A DNA stretch of 64,000 nt from assembly GCA_002773335.1 (NCBI GenBank), contig PFBH01000014.1:8023-72022 (forward strand), in the 5' to 3' direction. This document shows, in pieces, positions 19,555-29,880 of this stretch (positions are counted from its first letter, which is position 1; the number at the start of each line of letters is the position of its first letter). The stretch is from Candidatus Kaiserbacteria bacterium CG10_big_fil_rev_8_21_14_0_10_45_20. Its GTDB lineage: Bacteria; Patescibacteriota; Minisyncoccia; Phycocordibacterales; Phycocordibacteraceae. The notes below the pieces were generated by a model. It saw only the letters and a list, made by a program, of their open reading frames with translations, had not been told where the DNA came from and searched no databases. Made by a program: the position numbers and the translations under genes.

Positions 19555-21705
19555 ATGGCCCGAGCATACCCACTAGACAGAGTAAGAAACTTTGGAATCA
19601 TCGCGCACATTGATGCGGGGAAAACAACGACGTCAGAACGTGTTCTTTTTTACACGGGTATGAGTCACAAAATCGGAGAAGTGCACGACGGCGAGACTAC
19701 TACAGACTGGATGGAGCAAGAGCGAGAACGAGGTATTACCATTACCGCGGCCGCAGTTTCTTGTACGTGGGCTCCAACATACGAAGAGGATCAGGTAGAT
19801 AAAAAGAAACGATTTTCATTTAATATTATTGACACTCCGGGCCACATTGACTTTACCGTAGAGGTGAAGCGCTCGCTCCGTGTGCTTGACGGCGCGGTTG
19901 TTGTGTTTGACGGCGTTGCCGGTGTAGAGCCACAATCAGAAACAAACTGGCGTTACGCTGACGAAGGGAAGGTGCCCCGTATCTGTTTTATTAACAAGCT
20001 TGACCGAACCGGCGCTTCTTTTGAACGTTCGTTTCAATCAATCATTAACCGTCTTACCAAAGATGCGGTACGTGCAAACCTTCCTATAGGCGAAGAAGAG
20101 AATCACGAAGGAGTCGTAGACTTGTTAACACGAAAAGCTGTCTATTTTGAAGGAGTTCTTGGAAAAGACGTCCGTTTTTCAGACGAAATTCCTGAAGCTA
20201 TGAAAGCCGACGTTGAAAAATACCGTGGAGAATTAATTGAAAAAATCGTGCAGGAAGATGAAGCAATGATGAATGCATATCTTGAAGGAAACGAGCCATC
20301 AGTAGCCGAGTTAAAACAAGCGCTTCGCAAGGGTGTTATTAATAACACCATCGTTCCTGTTTTTGCCGGCTCGGCGCTTAAAAATAAAGGTGTTCAGCTT
20401 GTGCTCGATGCAGTTGTTGACTACCTTCCGTCTCCGCTCGATGTCCCCCCAGTTAAAGGCATTAACCCTAAGACAGAAGACGAGATTGAACGCCATGCGT
20501 CAGACGAAGAGCCTTTCTGTGCACTTGCCTTTAAGCTTCAAACAGATCCGTTTGTTGGTGCATTAACATTCTTCCGTGTCTACTCGGGAACCATTAAAGC
20601 CGGAAGCTACATTTACAACTCAACAACAGGGGAAAAGGAGCGCCTAGGTCGCATTGTGCGTCTCCAGGCAGATAAACGAGAAGAGATTGAAGAAGTGTAT
20701 GCAGGAGAAATTGCCGCTGCGGTAGGCTTGAAAGATGCGCGAACCTCACACACATTCTCAGACGAGCAAAACCCAATTATTCTTGAACAGATTGTCTTTC
20801 CTGAACCGGTGGTGTCGATGCGTATTGAACCTAAAACAAAAGCCGATCAAGAAAAGCTTGGTCTCGCCCTCCGAAAACTTGCTGATGAAGACCCAACCTT
20901 CCGCGTTTCGTCTGATGACGAGACAATGGAGACAATCATCGCCGGTATGGGAGAGCTCCACTTGGATATTTTAGTGGACAGAATGAAGCGCGAGTTTAAC
21001 GTTGAGGCAAACACCGGAAGGCCACAGGTTGCGTATCGAGAGACTATTCAAAAAGAAGCAGAGGCAAACCATAAATACGTGAAGCAGACAGGAGGGAAAG
21101 GTCAATACGGACACGTTGTGCTTAAAATTAAACCTCTCGAACCTGTTGACGCTGAAGCAAAAGTAAAAAATAATGTCACTCGCGAAGACCACTTTGAATT
21201 TATTAACAACATCAAAGGAGGAGCCATCCCCGGCGAATATATCCCCGCAGTTGAAAAGGGCGTGCGTGAGGCAATGGAGAGGGGTATCGTTGCCGGATAC
21301 AAAATGGAAGACATCTCTGTTGATTTGGTTGACGGTTCGTACCACGATGTCGACTCTTCAGAAATCGCCTTTAAACTTGCTGCTCTCAACGCGTTTAAAG
21401 AGGCTGCGCAACGAGCAAACCCCGTCCTCCTTGAGCCGGTAATGAAAGTAGAGGTGGTGATGCCAGAGCAATTTATGGGAGACATTACCGGATCGCTTAC
21501 TTCGAAACGGGGAACCATTGAAAGTATGGAGGACAGAGGAATGGCAAAAGCAGTTCACTCGATGGTTCCGTTGTCAGAAATGTTTGGGTATACAACACAG
21601 CTTCGATCAATGACGGAAGGCCGCGGATCAATGACGATGGAGTTTGATCACTACGCAGTGGTACCGCCAAACGTTGCCGAAGAAATTAAATCTTCTCGAA
21701 GTTAA
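19555..21705 (+). CDS. fusA: Elongation factor G
   Basis: [23 protein letters not shown]-domain motifs, 716 aa. Confidence 0.95.
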   Translation: MARAYPLDRVRNFGIIAHIDAGKTTTSERVLFYTGMSHKIGEVHDGETTTDWMEQERERGITITAAAVSCTWAPTYEEDQVDKKKRFSFNIIDTPGHIDFTVEVKRSLRVLDGAVVVFDGVAGVEPQSETNWRYADEGKVPRICFINKLDRTGASFERSFQSIINRLTKDAVRANLPIGEEENHEGVVDLLTRKAVYFEGVLGKDVRFSDEIPEAMKADVEKYRGELIEKIVQEDEAMMNAYLEGNEPSVAELKQALRKGVINNTIVPVFAGSALKNKGVQLVLDAVVDYLPSPLDVPPVKGINPKTEDEIERHASDEEPFCALAFKLQTDPFVGALTFFRVYSGTIKAGSYIYNSTTGEKERLGRIVRLQADKREEIEEVYAGEIAAAVGLKDARTSHTFSDEQNPIILEQIVFPEPVVSMRIEPKTKADQEKLGLALRKLADEDPTFRVSSDDETMETIIAGMGELHLDILVDRMKREFNVEANTGRPQVAYRETIQKEAEANHKYVKQTGGKGQYGHVVLKIKPLEPVDAEAKVKNNVTREDHFEFINNIKGGAIPGEYIPAVEKGVREAMERGIVAGYKMEDISVDLVDGSYHDVDSSEIAFKLAALNAFKEAAQRANPVLLEPVMKVEVVMPEQFMGDITGSLTSKRGTIESMEDRGMAKAVHSMVPLSEMFGYTTQLRSMTEGRGSMTMEFDHYAVVPPNVAEEIKSSRS

Positions 21706-21726
21706 CCATTTTTATTGAAGAGCATT

Positions 21727-21753
21727 AAAAAAGCATCATAACGATGCTTTTTT
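21727..21753. terminator. Rho-independent terminator hairpin (GCATC-ATAAC-GATGC followed by a T run), bidirectional
   Basis: Seen in the sequence immediately after the fusA stop. Its other side abuts the stop of the antisense ORF. Confidence 0.6.
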
Positions 21754-22303
21754 AATTTGGTGAACGTAACCATTCAAGAAGTACCATTCTTGAAATTCGG
21801 CCTTCTTTTTTCTTAATTCCCTTTTTTCTACAGAGACGATCTGCAAGAGACACTAACCCATTCTTAGAAAAGCCTTTTTTTGATGAGAAGGCGGAAGTCA
21901 GTGCTTTCGTAGCGTCTCCAAAAGAGCCACCGTTTTCTAGTACTTCAATGACGATACGCCGGCAGTCTGGGTTATTGAGCAGTAACTTTCGTACACTCCG
22001 CCTCTTTCTCTTAGGTTTCTTTTCCTTTCTTTCTGGTTCCTTTGGTGGTTGTAATGATTGAAGGTGTAGCCCTTGTGGGCGCTGTTGCATTCTCTTTAAA
22101 ATCTCTCTCGCGCCGGGCGATATACTTAATGTGTCAATGGGGTTTTGGACAGGGCGTTCTTTAGACATAAAGACAATGTTATTTAATGTGAGTAAGCCAC
22201 CAGATAAAAAAAGCTTGTAAGCTTTCTTTCTGAGAAGGGTCGTGATTTGGCCTGAAGGTGTTGCTTCGTAAGAAGGAAACCCAAGCACGTAATTTTGGCT
22301 CAT
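21752..22303 (-). CDS. Hypothetical protein, paralog of the next gene (shared NPxCRxxI/VxxxLxNGGSxxDxxxAL core)
   Basis: The ORF is antisense to the str operon. It contains a basic KKPKRKRRSVRK stretch. The alternative internal start (Met at 22166-22168) would remove the overlap with the upstream paralog. Confidence 0.4.
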   Translation of the reverse strand: MSQNYVLGFPSYEATPSGQITTLLRKKAYKLFLSGGLLTLNNIVFMSKERPVQNPIDTLSISPGAREILKRMQQRPQGLHLQSLQPPKEPERKEKKPKRKRRSVRKLLLNNPDCRRIVIEVLENGGSFGDATKALTSAFSSKKGFSKNGLVSLADRLCRKKGIKKKEGRISRMVLLEWLRSPN

Positions 22304-22643
22304 CAGTATGAAAGTTGATGCCCTGGGGAGTCGCTTTATTAAGCGCCTCAGCTACGTCGTCCCAACTACCACCTGAATTAAATGTATTCAAAATAACTTC
22401 TCGACAACCTCTGTTACTTTTTAAAATAGGTTCCAATGGGGGGTTTTGCGGGCCACGGACTTTACATTTACGAGCGGGTTTTACTGATGCCTCAATTTTG
22501 CTAGTGCGCGGTTCCATACAGGCAATTTTAGTTCCGTTGGCTCGCATCCCTTCCAGTAAACCAAGCACTCCTGCAGAGACCTTTAAAGGCGGTACTTCTG
22601 GTGGGATTCCCGAGTCTCTCTTAGCTGATTCCTCTTTTGCCAT
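22179..22643 (-). CDS. Hypothetical protein, paralog of the previous gene
   Basis: Its core CREVILNTFNSGGSWDDVAEALNKA aligns with CRRIVIEVLENGGSFGDATKALTSA of the neighbour. No recognisable family. Confidence 0.4.
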   Translation of the reverse strand: MAKEESAKRDSGIPPEVPPLKVSAGVLGLLEGMRANGTKIACMEPRTSKIEASVKPARKCKVRGPQNPPLEPILKSNRGCREVILNTFNSGGSWDDVAEALNKATPQGINFHTDEPKLRAWVSFLRSNTFRPNHDPSQKESLQAFFIWWLTHIK

Positions 22644-22651
22644 AAATATAT

Positions 22652-23740
22652 CTACAGTAAATTATAGTTAACAATTTCGTTTCCCGTACCTTCTGGTGAT
22701 ATAAAGTACTTTTCATTGACTAGTATTTCTCTTGAAAGCCCCCTTCCTTTGCGCGCTGACTTTTTCTCATTCCAGTAGAGAGACATTTTCAGTGTCGTAT
22801 GACCCTTTCTAAATTGAGGAGTATCTAAAAAGATTTTAGAATTTTTTAACTGGCTCATAATATCTTTTAGTATGCTTCGGTAGTCTTCTAGAGGAATAGA
22901 ATCTTGAATATCACGAGTAGGATTTCTTTCTATATGAATCGCAATAGTGGGAACGAGATAATGTCCGCCCTCTGGTGCAGGCTCCGCTGTCTTTAAATGA
23001 CTAATGCGGGTGATTTGTGAAAGAAAGAAACCTGTATTTTCATGTGATGGGGCATCCGTATTTTTTAAGTTTTCAACTAATTGGGTTATGTAATTATGCA
23101 GTTTCTCGCCTTCATTTTTAAGAGGAGAGTTTTTGGGGAGTGCACCCGCCTCATTTATAAGCTTTAGCTCTTGTGCGTTCTCTTTTGCAATTCGCGCCTG
23201 TCGGATTCTGTGTGCTTGAGCATTACGGAGCCTTTCCTTTCTTGCTACTTTCTCTGAAACATCGGAGAGTCTTTGGGGGGTTACTATTTCATACTGTCGG
23301 ACACTTTGTGGTGGTCTAACAACAAGCTCTCTCTCGCTACCCTGTGTTTTTATTGTTTTTGAGCATGCTCTGGTGTGTCCTGTGTGTTGTGATTCGGCGC
23401 CACTAGACGACGTGGCTTTTACGTTCTCTTGGAATTGCAACTGATCTTTTCTGACGCGGAATGCTTCTTCTAAGGTTTTAAGAAATTCGGTATACGTAAG
23501 GTTCTGTAGAGACTCGTTTTGGTGGGTAATTGAAATAAGAAATGTTCCATTCGTGTCTCGTGCGTATCTAATTATGCACTCTCTCGGAACCAGTCTTCCT
23601 TTTTTCTTTTTTAAAACAACAAAACTTCGAGATGAAGATTGCCCTGGTTTTGTCGCAAAAATTATCTTTCGGAACTCCTTTAGGTCAAGAGGTCTTTCCA
23701 TTGATTCAGGGGCACCTTCTATTGTTTTACTTGAGTCCAT
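22652..23740 (-). CDS. Hypothetical protein (362 aa, coiled-coil-rich centre)
   Basis: A long ORF with no motif I recognise. The centre (KVARKERLRNAQAHRIRQARIAKENAQELKL) is predicted coiled coil. Confidence 0.4.
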   Translation of the reverse strand: MDSSKTIEGAPESMERPLDLKEFRKIIFATKPGQSSSRSFVVLKKKKGRLVPRECIIRYARDTNGTFLISITHQNESLQNLTYTEFLKTLEEAFRVRKDQLQFQENVKATSSSGAESQHTGHTRACSKTIKTQGSERELVVRPPQSVRQYEIVTPQRLSDVSEKVARKERLRNAQAHRIRQARIAKENAQELKLINEAGALPKNSPLKNEGEKLHNYITQLVENLKNTDAPSHENTGFFLSQITRISHLKTAEPAPEGGHYLVPTIAIHIERNPTRDIQDSIPLEDYRSILKDIMSQLKNSKIFLDTPQFRKGHTTLKMSLYWNEKKSARKGRGLSREILVNEKYFISPEGTGNEIVNYNLL

Positions 23741-23890
23741 ATACGGGAGTGCTTACCTAGAAAACCTCTGCAGTGTTTTGCACTATAAACTAAAAAGGGT
23801 AAATATACAAAAAGTATTTTTGTTGTATAATTTTTTGCTGTCATTACAGACGTCGAGATACAGCCTTCTATGTAATGAATATTGAAAAGC

Positions 23891-23919
23891 TTGACTCTTT
23901 TTTGTTTTCCGATAGTATA
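23891..23919 (+). promoter_or_regulatory. Candidate sigma70-like promoter upstream of tuf (TTGACT, 16-17 nt spacer, TAGTAT)
   Basis: Sequence match only. Lies about 120 bp upstream of the tuf ATG. Confidence 0.3.
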
Positions 23920-24038
23920 GGCGGTAACGCATCACGCGTGTTTTTCTTCTGTGAATCTTGTGATTTTCAGACGAATTGGGGCGGACGCCCTTTTACAACG
24001 TTAGAAATTTAACCGCTTAATTACTAAGTAATACGCAT

Positions 24039-25235
24039 ATGGCAGACTTTGATCGTTCTAAAGCTCACGTTAACGTCGGTACTATTGGCCACGTTGACCA
24101 TGGAAAAACAACATTAACCGCCGCTATTCTTTCTGTGCTTGGAAAGGCAGGAAATGGCTACAACGCTTCCTTAAAGGACGTTGGAGAAATTGACAAAGCC
24201 CCAGAAGAGAAGGCGCGTGGTATTACTATCTCTCTTTCTCACTCTGAGTATGAGACTCCTACTCGTCACTACGCTCACATCGACGCTCCGGGACACGCCG
24301 ACTACATCAAAAACATGATTACCGGTGCGGCTCAAATGGATGGCGCCGTATTGGTGGTAGCTGCGACAGACGGAGTGATGCCACAGACTCGTGAACACAT
24401 CTTGCTTGCTCGCCAAGTGGGTGTTCCAAAAATCATCGTATTCCTCAACAAGGTGGATATGGTTGATGATAAAGATCTCGTGGATCTCGTGGAAGAAGAA
24501 GTGCGTGAACTCCTTACAAAATACGAATTTGATGGTGCAAATGCTCCTATTATCAAAGGGTCAGGTTTGAAAGCTCTTGAAAACCCAGAACCAGGAAATG
24601 AGTGGTCTGACAAGGTTATGGAGCTTGCAAAGGCGCTGGATGAGTACATCCCAATGCCTGAGCGTGATACTGAGAAGCCCTTCCTTATGCCAATTGAAGA
24701 CATCTTCTCAATTGAAGGCCGAGGAACGGTGGTTACCGGAAAGATTGAACGTGGCGTTGTAAACGTTGGTGAAGAAATTGAGATTGTTGGAATCAAAGAC
24801 ACTACAAAGACGACCGTTACTGGTGTTGAAATGTTCAACAAGTCGTTGCAACAAGGTATGGCCGGCGACAACGCAGGTATCCTTTTGCGTGGCTTGAAGA
24901 AAGACGATGTGCACCGTGGTCAAGTGCTTTCAAAACCAGGTACCGTAACACCACACACAGAGTTTGACGCAGAAGTCTACATCCTTTCAAAGGAAGAAGG
25001 TGGACGACACACACCATTCTTTACTGGCTATAAACCTCAATTCTATATCCGTACGACGGATGTAACGGGAGACGTTGCTCTTCCAGAAGGTGTTGAGATG
25101 GTTATGCCAGGTGACACAGTAACCTTTAAGGTTAAGTTGGTGGCTCCCGTGGCACTTGAAGAGCAGCAACGCTTTGCTATCCGTGAAGGTGGTAAGACCG
25201 TTGGTGCCGGTGTGGTAACTAAAATTAACGCGTAA
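24039..25235 (+). CDS. tuf: Elongation factor Tu
   Basis: [22 protein letters not shown]. 398 aa. Confidence 0.95.
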   Translation: MADFDRSKAHVNVGTIGHVDHGKTTLTAAILSVLGKAGNGYNASLKDVGEIDKAPEEKARGITISLSHSEYETPTRHYAHIDAPGHADYIKNMITGAAQMDGAVLVVAATDGVMPQTREHILLARQVGVPKIIVFLNKVDMVDDKDLVDLVEEEVRELLTKYEFDGANAPIIKGSGLKALENPEPGNEWSDKVMELAKALDEYIPMPERDTEKPFLMPIEDIFSIEGRGTVVTGKIERGVVNVGEEIEIVGIKDTTKTTVTGVEMFNKSLQQGMAGDNAGILLRGLKKDDVHRGQVLSKPGTVTPHTEFDAEVYILSKEEGGRHTPFFTGYKPQFYIRTTDVTGDVALPEGVEMVMPGDTVTFKVKLVAPVALEEQQRFAIREGGKTVGAGVVTKINA

Positions 25236-25261
25236 GGAACATTCCGTTTCGGGAGACTTGT

Positions 25262-25624
25262 ATGGTTGAAAAAAAGAAAAAAACAGCGTCTCCCCGAGAG
25301 ACACCGACCCCGGAGGCAACGAGTAAGCTCCGTCTTCGTATTCGTGGCTATGACCACAAGCTGGTTGATAGTTCGGTAAAGCAGATCATTGACACTGCGC
25401 TTCGCTTTGAGGCGCAGGTTGTTGGTCCTGTTCCGCTTCCAACCGATATCAAAAAGTTTACTGTGAACAGATCGCCGTTCATCGACAAAGACTCTCGTGA
25501 ACAGTTTGAGATGCGAACCCACAAGAGAATTTTGGATATTGTAAATCCAAATCCAAAAATTGTGGACGCTCTGACTAACATTTCTCTTCCTTCAGGTGTT
25601 TCAGTTGACGTGAAAATGACATAA
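25262..25624 (+). CDS. rpsJ: 30S ribosomal protein S10 (with short N-terminal extension)
   Basis: LRIRGYDHKLVD...GPVPLPT...RTHKRILDI. Confidence 0.9.
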   Translation: MVEKKKKTASPRETPTPEATSKLRLRIRGYDHKLVDSSVKQIIDTALRFEAQVVGPVPLPTDIKKFTVNRSPFIDKDSREQFEMRTHKRILDIVNPNPKIVDALTNISLPSGVSVDVKMT

Positions 25625-25635
25625 GAGGTACGTGT

Positions 25636-26271
25636 ATGAAATTCATCATTGGAACAAAAAAAGGAATGACTCAGGTTTTTGACGCAGAAGGCCGCGTGCA
25701 CCCTGTGACTGTTTTGTCTGTGGGCAAAGTTGCGGTAACGCAGGTTAAAACTCCTGATGTTGATGGATACGCATCCGTACAGGTTGGCTTTGGCGAAAAA
25801 GCGGAAAAGAACATTGCAAAAGCGCAACGTCCAAAAGGAAACTTTGCTCGCTACAAAGAGTTTATTGTTTCCGAGATAGCATCTTTCTCTGTCGGAGACG
25901 TTATTGAACCTTCAGTTTTCTCAGAGGGCGATATGGTATCTGCTACAGCGCTCTCTAAAGGAAAGGGTTTTCAAGGCGTGGTAAAGCGTCACGGCTTTCA
26001 CGGAGGACGCAGGACTCATGGTCAAAAGCACTCTGAGCGAGAACCTGGATCAATTGGTGGTGGACCTGGTCGTGCGGGAGGGCGTGTGGTAAAAGGGATG
26101 CGTATGGGCGGACGTATGGGCGGAGATCGCGTATACGTTAAAAATCTTCCTATCGTTCGTGTTGATAGTGACGCAGGAGAGATATACGTTCGCGGAGCAG
26201 TTCCGGGTAGACGAGGGGCGTACGTTGAAGTGTGCGAAATTCCTCCAAACAAAGAGAAGAAAACAAAGTAA
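25636..26271 (+). CDS. rplC: 50S ribosomal protein L3
   Basis: GTKKGMTQVF and FQGVVKRHGF regions. Confidence 0.9.
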   Translation: MKFIIGTKKGMTQVFDAEGRVHPVTVLSVGKVAVTQVKTPDVDGYASVQVGFGEKAEKNIAKAQRPKGNFARYKEFIVSEIASFSVGDVIEPSVFSEGDMVSATALSKGKGFQGVVKRHGFHGGRRTHGQKHSEREPGSIGGGPGRAGGRVVKGMRMGGRMGGDRVYVKNLPIVRVDSDAGEIYVRGAVPGRRGAYVEVCEIPPNKEKKTK

Positions 26272-26274
26272 TAT

Positions 26275-27021
26275 ATGGCAACTGAAAAGAAAACAACGGT
26301 AAAAAAGAAAGCTCCTTCTCAGAAGGTGGCTCCGAAAACACCAAAAGCAACAAGGACACTTTCAGCAAAGGTGTATTCGGTTGCGGGGAAAGAGGTTTCA
26401 ACCATTACACTGCCAGAAAATATTTTTGGTTTGCCAAAAAACGACGCGCTTGTGCATCAGGTACTCGTCTCGACTGAGGCAAACGCACGAACAAATGTCG
26501 CGCACACAAAAGGACGAGGTGAGGTTCGGGGTGGTGGTAAAAAGCCATGGAAGCAAAAAGGAACGGGGCGTGCACGTCACGGATCAATCCGCTCTCCAAT
26601 CTGGAGAGGGGGAGGAACGACGTTTGGTCCTACAAACGAGAGAGACTTTTCGCAAAAGATAAATAAAAAAATGCGAGTAAAGGCTCTGACCACTGTTCTT
26701 TCTGGTAAGTTTTCTGACGAAGAAGTTGTGTTTGTTGACTCACTGTCATTCAGCGAACCAAAGACAAAAGATGCGAAGGCGTTACTTGGCGCCCTTGCGA
26801 AGGCAACAGGCGTTGAGGCACTCGCAACGCGCCGTAAGAACGCAGCGTTGGTGGTTATTCCATCCGCTGATGAAAACGCAAAGAAGAGCTTTAAGAATAT
26901 GGGCAACGTTGAGGTTATTGTTTCTCGCAATCTAAACATCTCTTCATTGCTGACGTATCGATATATAGTGATAGTAAATCCAGAGGTCTCTTTTGAGTCT
27001 CTCCCCGTTAACGTGAAGTAA
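26275..27021 (+). CDS. rplD: 50S ribosomal protein L4
   Basis: KPWKQKGTGRARHGSIRSP motif. Confidence 0.9.
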   Translation: MATEKKTTVKKKAPSQKVAPKTPKATRTLSAKVYSVAGKEVSTITLPENIFGLPKNDALVHQVLVSTEANARTNVAHTKGRGEVRGGGKKPWKQKGTGRARHGSIRSPIWRGGGTTFGPTNERDFSQKINKKMRVKALTTVLSGKFSDEEVVFVDSLSFSEPKTKDAKALLGALAKATGVEALATRRKNAALVVIPSADENAKKSFKNMGNVEVIVSRNLNISSLLTYRYIVIVNPEVSFESLPVNVK

Positions 27022-27024
27022 TAT

Positions 27025-27420
27025 ATGGCACTATTTGGATCAAAAAAAGACGAGGCACCTAAGAAAGCGGTAAAAAAATCGACACCGGCTCCTAAGAAGG
27101 TTTCTTCAAAAAAAGGAACAGTAAAATCAAGTTCGCTTTCAGTGAACGAGGTTTTGATAAGTCCGCGCATTACAGAGAAATCTGCTCACTTAACCGCGCA
27201 GCGAGTGTATACGTTTAATATTTCAGTGCGCGCCAATAAGGGAGACGTTGCGAAGGCGATCTATTCGGTGTACAAAGTAAGACCAACAAAGATTCGGGTG
27301 GTAAAGAATGTTGGCAAGAAAGTTCGTCTTCGAACACGTCGTGGAGAGGGAACTAAGCCAGCTTCAAAGAAAGCGTACGTGTACCTTAAAGAAGGGGACA
27401 GAATAGAATTTTCATCATAA
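27025..27420 (+). CDS. rplW: 50S ribosomal protein L23 (Lys/Ala-rich N-terminal extension)
   Basis: ISPRITEKS...YTFNISVRANKGDV. Confidence 0.85.
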   Translation: MALFGSKKDEAPKKAVKKSTPAPKKVSSKKGTVKSSSLSVNEVLISPRITEKSAHLTAQRVYTFNISVRANKGDVAKAIYSVYKVRPTKIRVVKNVGKKVRLRTRRGEGTKPASKKAYVYLKEGDRIEFSS

Positions 27421-27427
27421 GTAGTAT

Positions 27428-28285
27428 ATGGCATTAAAAAAACGAAAACCAAGGACACCTGGAACACGCGGCATGACCTCGATTATGTACCGTGGCGTGG
27501 TCACGACCAACAAGCCTCTCAAGTCGCTTACAAAAGGTAAGGCGGCTCGTGCCGGACGGAACTCGTTTGGACGAATTACAACTCGCCACCAAGGTGCGGG
27601 AAATAAAAAGAAGTTTCGTGATATAGACTTTTTGTTTAATAAAAAAGATGTACCCGGACGAGTTGAGCACATTGAATACGACCCATACCGATCAGGATTT
27701 ATCGCCCGTGTTGTATACCGTGACGGTGAGAGACGATACATTCTTGCTCCACAAAAACTTGGTGTTGATGACACAGTCGTCACATCGGTTGACGCTCCGT
27801 TAAAACCGGGAAATCGACGTCCTCTCAAAAATATTCCCGTAGGAACCTTTGTGTTCAATGTCGAGATTAAAGAGAATGGCGGTGCCAAAATTGCTCGTTC
27901 AGCAGGTAATTACGCCGAGCTCTCTGCTCTTGATGGTGGGTACGCACTTCTCAAGATGCCATCGGGTGAAATACGAAAGGTTGTCGATGGTGCATGGGCA
28001 TCTATTGGTGAAGTTTCAAATCCAGAGTACAGACTGGTAAACAGAGGAAAGGCTGGACGCTCTCGACACTTGGGTATTAGACCTACCGTTCGCGGTACTG
28101 CAATGAACCCGGTTGACCACCCACACGGAGGAGGTGAAGGAAGGCAAGGGAGAGGCACGAAACGAGCAAAGACTGCATGGGGTAAACCATCAGGAAAGGG
28201 TCAAAAGACACGCGCACCAAAGAAATACTCAAACGTCTTTATTGTCTCGAGACGAAAAGTCGGAAAGAGACGCAAGGGAAATTAA
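27428..28285 (+). CDS. rplB: 50S ribosomal protein L2
   Basis: GRNSFGRITTRHQGAG and the C-terminal GGGEGRQGRG. Confidence 0.95.
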   Translation: MALKKRKPRTPGTRGMTSIMYRGVVTTNKPLKSLTKGKAARAGRNSFGRITTRHQGAGNKKKFRDIDFLFNKKDVPGRVEHIEYDPYRSGFIARVVYRDGERRYILAPQKLGVDDTVVTSVDAPLKPGNRRPLKNIPVGTFVFNVEIKENGGAKIARSAGNYAELSALDGGYALLKMPSGEIRKVVDGAWASIGEVSNPEYRLVNRGKAGRSRHLGIRPTVRGTAMNPVDHPHGGGEGRQGRGTKRAKTAWGKPSGKGQKTRAPKKYSNVFIVSRRKVGKRRKGN

Positions 28286-28314
28286 CAAAAAAGACCCTCT
28301 CTTTAGGGTCTTTT

Positions 28315-29001
28315 TTAATATGGGTACTGTTCTGTGTCAGAAAGCTCTTCCTCTAATATTTTTGCTGTTGATGTATTTACAAAGTCTTTGTAGTTGCTAT
28401 TTGGAGTTGTTTCAAATTGTTCGGCGATAATATCTGACTCAAGAAGTCCTCCCCACCGGTTTGCTTCGGTAAGGTCTTGAAGAGAAGACCAAGGATATGA
28501 AAACTCTTTATTTTTCCAAGCAGACAGTTCACGGGGGTTTCTATGAATATATGCTGAAAGGTAGAGTAACTGTTTATTATCTTTTACGTGCACCGATTTA
28601 AAACGGCCTTGAAACACATGACCAGAAAGATGGTGACGTGTATTCATATACATCGTGTGAGCAACGAGGATTCGTTGCATATAGGCACTGATTCCTCCCG
28701 GGATCTTTTCGCGAACAAGGAGGTGGAAGTGGTTAGGCATAAGACAAAAAGAGGTAAGCTCAACAAAACGTGACTGCAAAACCTCAGAAAGCTTTTTTTC
28801 TGAAACGGGAAACCCAGTGAGCGCGTTGTAATTTTTTATATACCGCGTGACATTTTCAAACTGAATTGGTGACTGGAAGTAGAGGATGGAGAATAAAAAA
28901 CGCCGGCGATCAATATCATCTTTAAAAATATTTCCTCTACGCGAACCTCTATTGAAAATGTGGTAGTACTCGCCTTCAGCAATATTGCGTTTCTGAGTCA
29001 T
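28315..29001 (-). CDS. tnpA: HuH Y1 tyrosine transposase (IS200-like TnpA / REP-associated tyrosine transposase-like)
   Basis: HuH motif in CLMPNHFHLLV and catalytic Tyr region LSAYIHRNPRE. The N-terminus YYHIFNRGSRRGNIFKDDIDRRRFL is typical of this family. The start was chosen as Met17 of the track ORF, so the gene does not run into the palindrome. Confidence 0.65.
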   Translation of the reverse strand: MTQKRNIAEGEYYHIFNRGSRRGNIFKDDIDRRRFLFSILYFQSPIQFENVTRYIKNYNALTGFPVSEKKLSEVLQSRFVELTSFCLMPNHFHLLVREKIPGGISAYMQRILVAHTMYMNTRHHLSGHVFQGRFKSVHVKDNKQLLYLSAYIHRNPRELSAWKNKEFSYPWSSLQDLTEANRWGGLLESDIIAEQFETTPNSNYKDFVNTSTAKILEEELSDTEQYPY

Positions 29002-29016
29002 ATCTTTTTTGAGTGT

Positions 29017-29056
29017 AACACAAATGTTGGAGACCCGGGTCTCCAACATTTGTGTT
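29017..29056. repeat. Perfect 40 bp palindrome AACACAAATGTTGGAGACCC|GGGTCTCCAACATTTGTGTT (transposon end hairpin or REP-like)
   Basis: Seen directly in the sequence. No second copy in the window. Confidence 0.8.
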
Positions 29057-29153
29057 GACAGTGTTCATTCACTTGTGTATTCTGTGCATCAAGCTCGTGT
29101 GGGCTCGTGTATAGCGAGCTTTTTTCATTCGGGTACAAATTTATTGCACAATC

Positions 29154-29489
29154 ATGGCACGATCAGTCAAAAAAGGTCCATACATTTTTCACAAACTTAT
29201 TAAAAAAGTGAGTGGCAAAACACCAAAAGAAACTGGTCCTATTAAGACGTGGGCGCGTGCATCACAAATCAGTCCGGACATGGTTGGTTTTACCTTTTTG
29301 GTACACACCGGTAAAGATTTTGCAGAAGTATTTGTATCTGAAGAGATGGTAGGTCACCGACTGGGTGAATTTGCTCCTACAAAGAAATTCCTCCGACACG
29401 GCGGTAAGATGCAGAAGGAGCTTGAGCAGAAGAAGAAAGAGTCTGAAATTGCAGCAGCAAAAGCAGCAAAAGCACCAGCAACAAAATAG
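29154..29489 (+). CDS. rpsS: 30S ribosomal protein S19 (Lys/Ala-rich C-terminal tail)
   Basis: [11 protein letters not shown]...[13 protein letters not shown]. Confidence 0.9.
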   Translation: MARSVKKGPYIFHKLIKKVSGKTPKETGPIKTWARASQISPDMVGFTFLVHTGKDFAEVFVSEEMVGHRLGEFAPTKKFLRHGGKMQKELEQKKKESEIAAAKAAKAPATK

Positions 29490-29492
29490 TAT

Positions 29493-29870
29493 ATGAAAGC
29501 AACACTTAGCAACTATCGTCAGTCTCCCCGTAAAGTTCGCCTCATAACCGAACTTGTAAAGGGTAAGAGTATAGCAGATGCGTTCACAGCGCTTACGTTT
29601 AGCGATAAGCGAGCGTCAGCCCCTATTGAAAAACTCCTTCGTTCTGCGGTTGCAAATGCAGAGCAAGCAGGAGAGAGTCTTAACGAGCTGGTTGTAGAGA
29701 ATATTGCCGTTGATAAGGGTCGCGTGGCAAAGACATATATGCCTCGTGCGTTTGGTCGAGCATCAACCATTCGTAAGCGATCGAGCCACGTAACCGTTAC
29801 CCTCGGAAAGGCAAAGCCAAAGACAGCCCGACACACTAAAGCACCGTCTGCGGGCCAGAAGAAAGCATAA
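29493..29870 (+). CDS. rplV: 50S ribosomal protein L22
   Basis: Position in the operon and L22-like sequence (RQSPRKVRLI...). Confidence 0.85.
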   Translation: MKATLSNYRQSPRKVRLITELVKGKSIADAFTALTFSDKRASAPIEKLLRSAVANAEQAGESLNELVVENIAVDKGRVAKTYMPRAFGRASTIRKRSSHVTVTLGKAKPKTARHTKAPSAGQKKA

Positions 29871-29880
29871 ATTTTTATAT

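Larger units (their letters stand above)
28286..29060 (-). mobile_element. IS200/IS605-like (Y1 HuH transposase only) insertion element with hairpin ends, inside the S10 ribosomal operon
   Basis: A single tnpA-like ORF is flanked by a 10 bp-stem hairpin (28289-28314) at one end and a perfect 40 bp palindrome (29017-29056) at the other. It sits between rplB and rpsS, which are normally adjacent. Confidence 0.6.
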
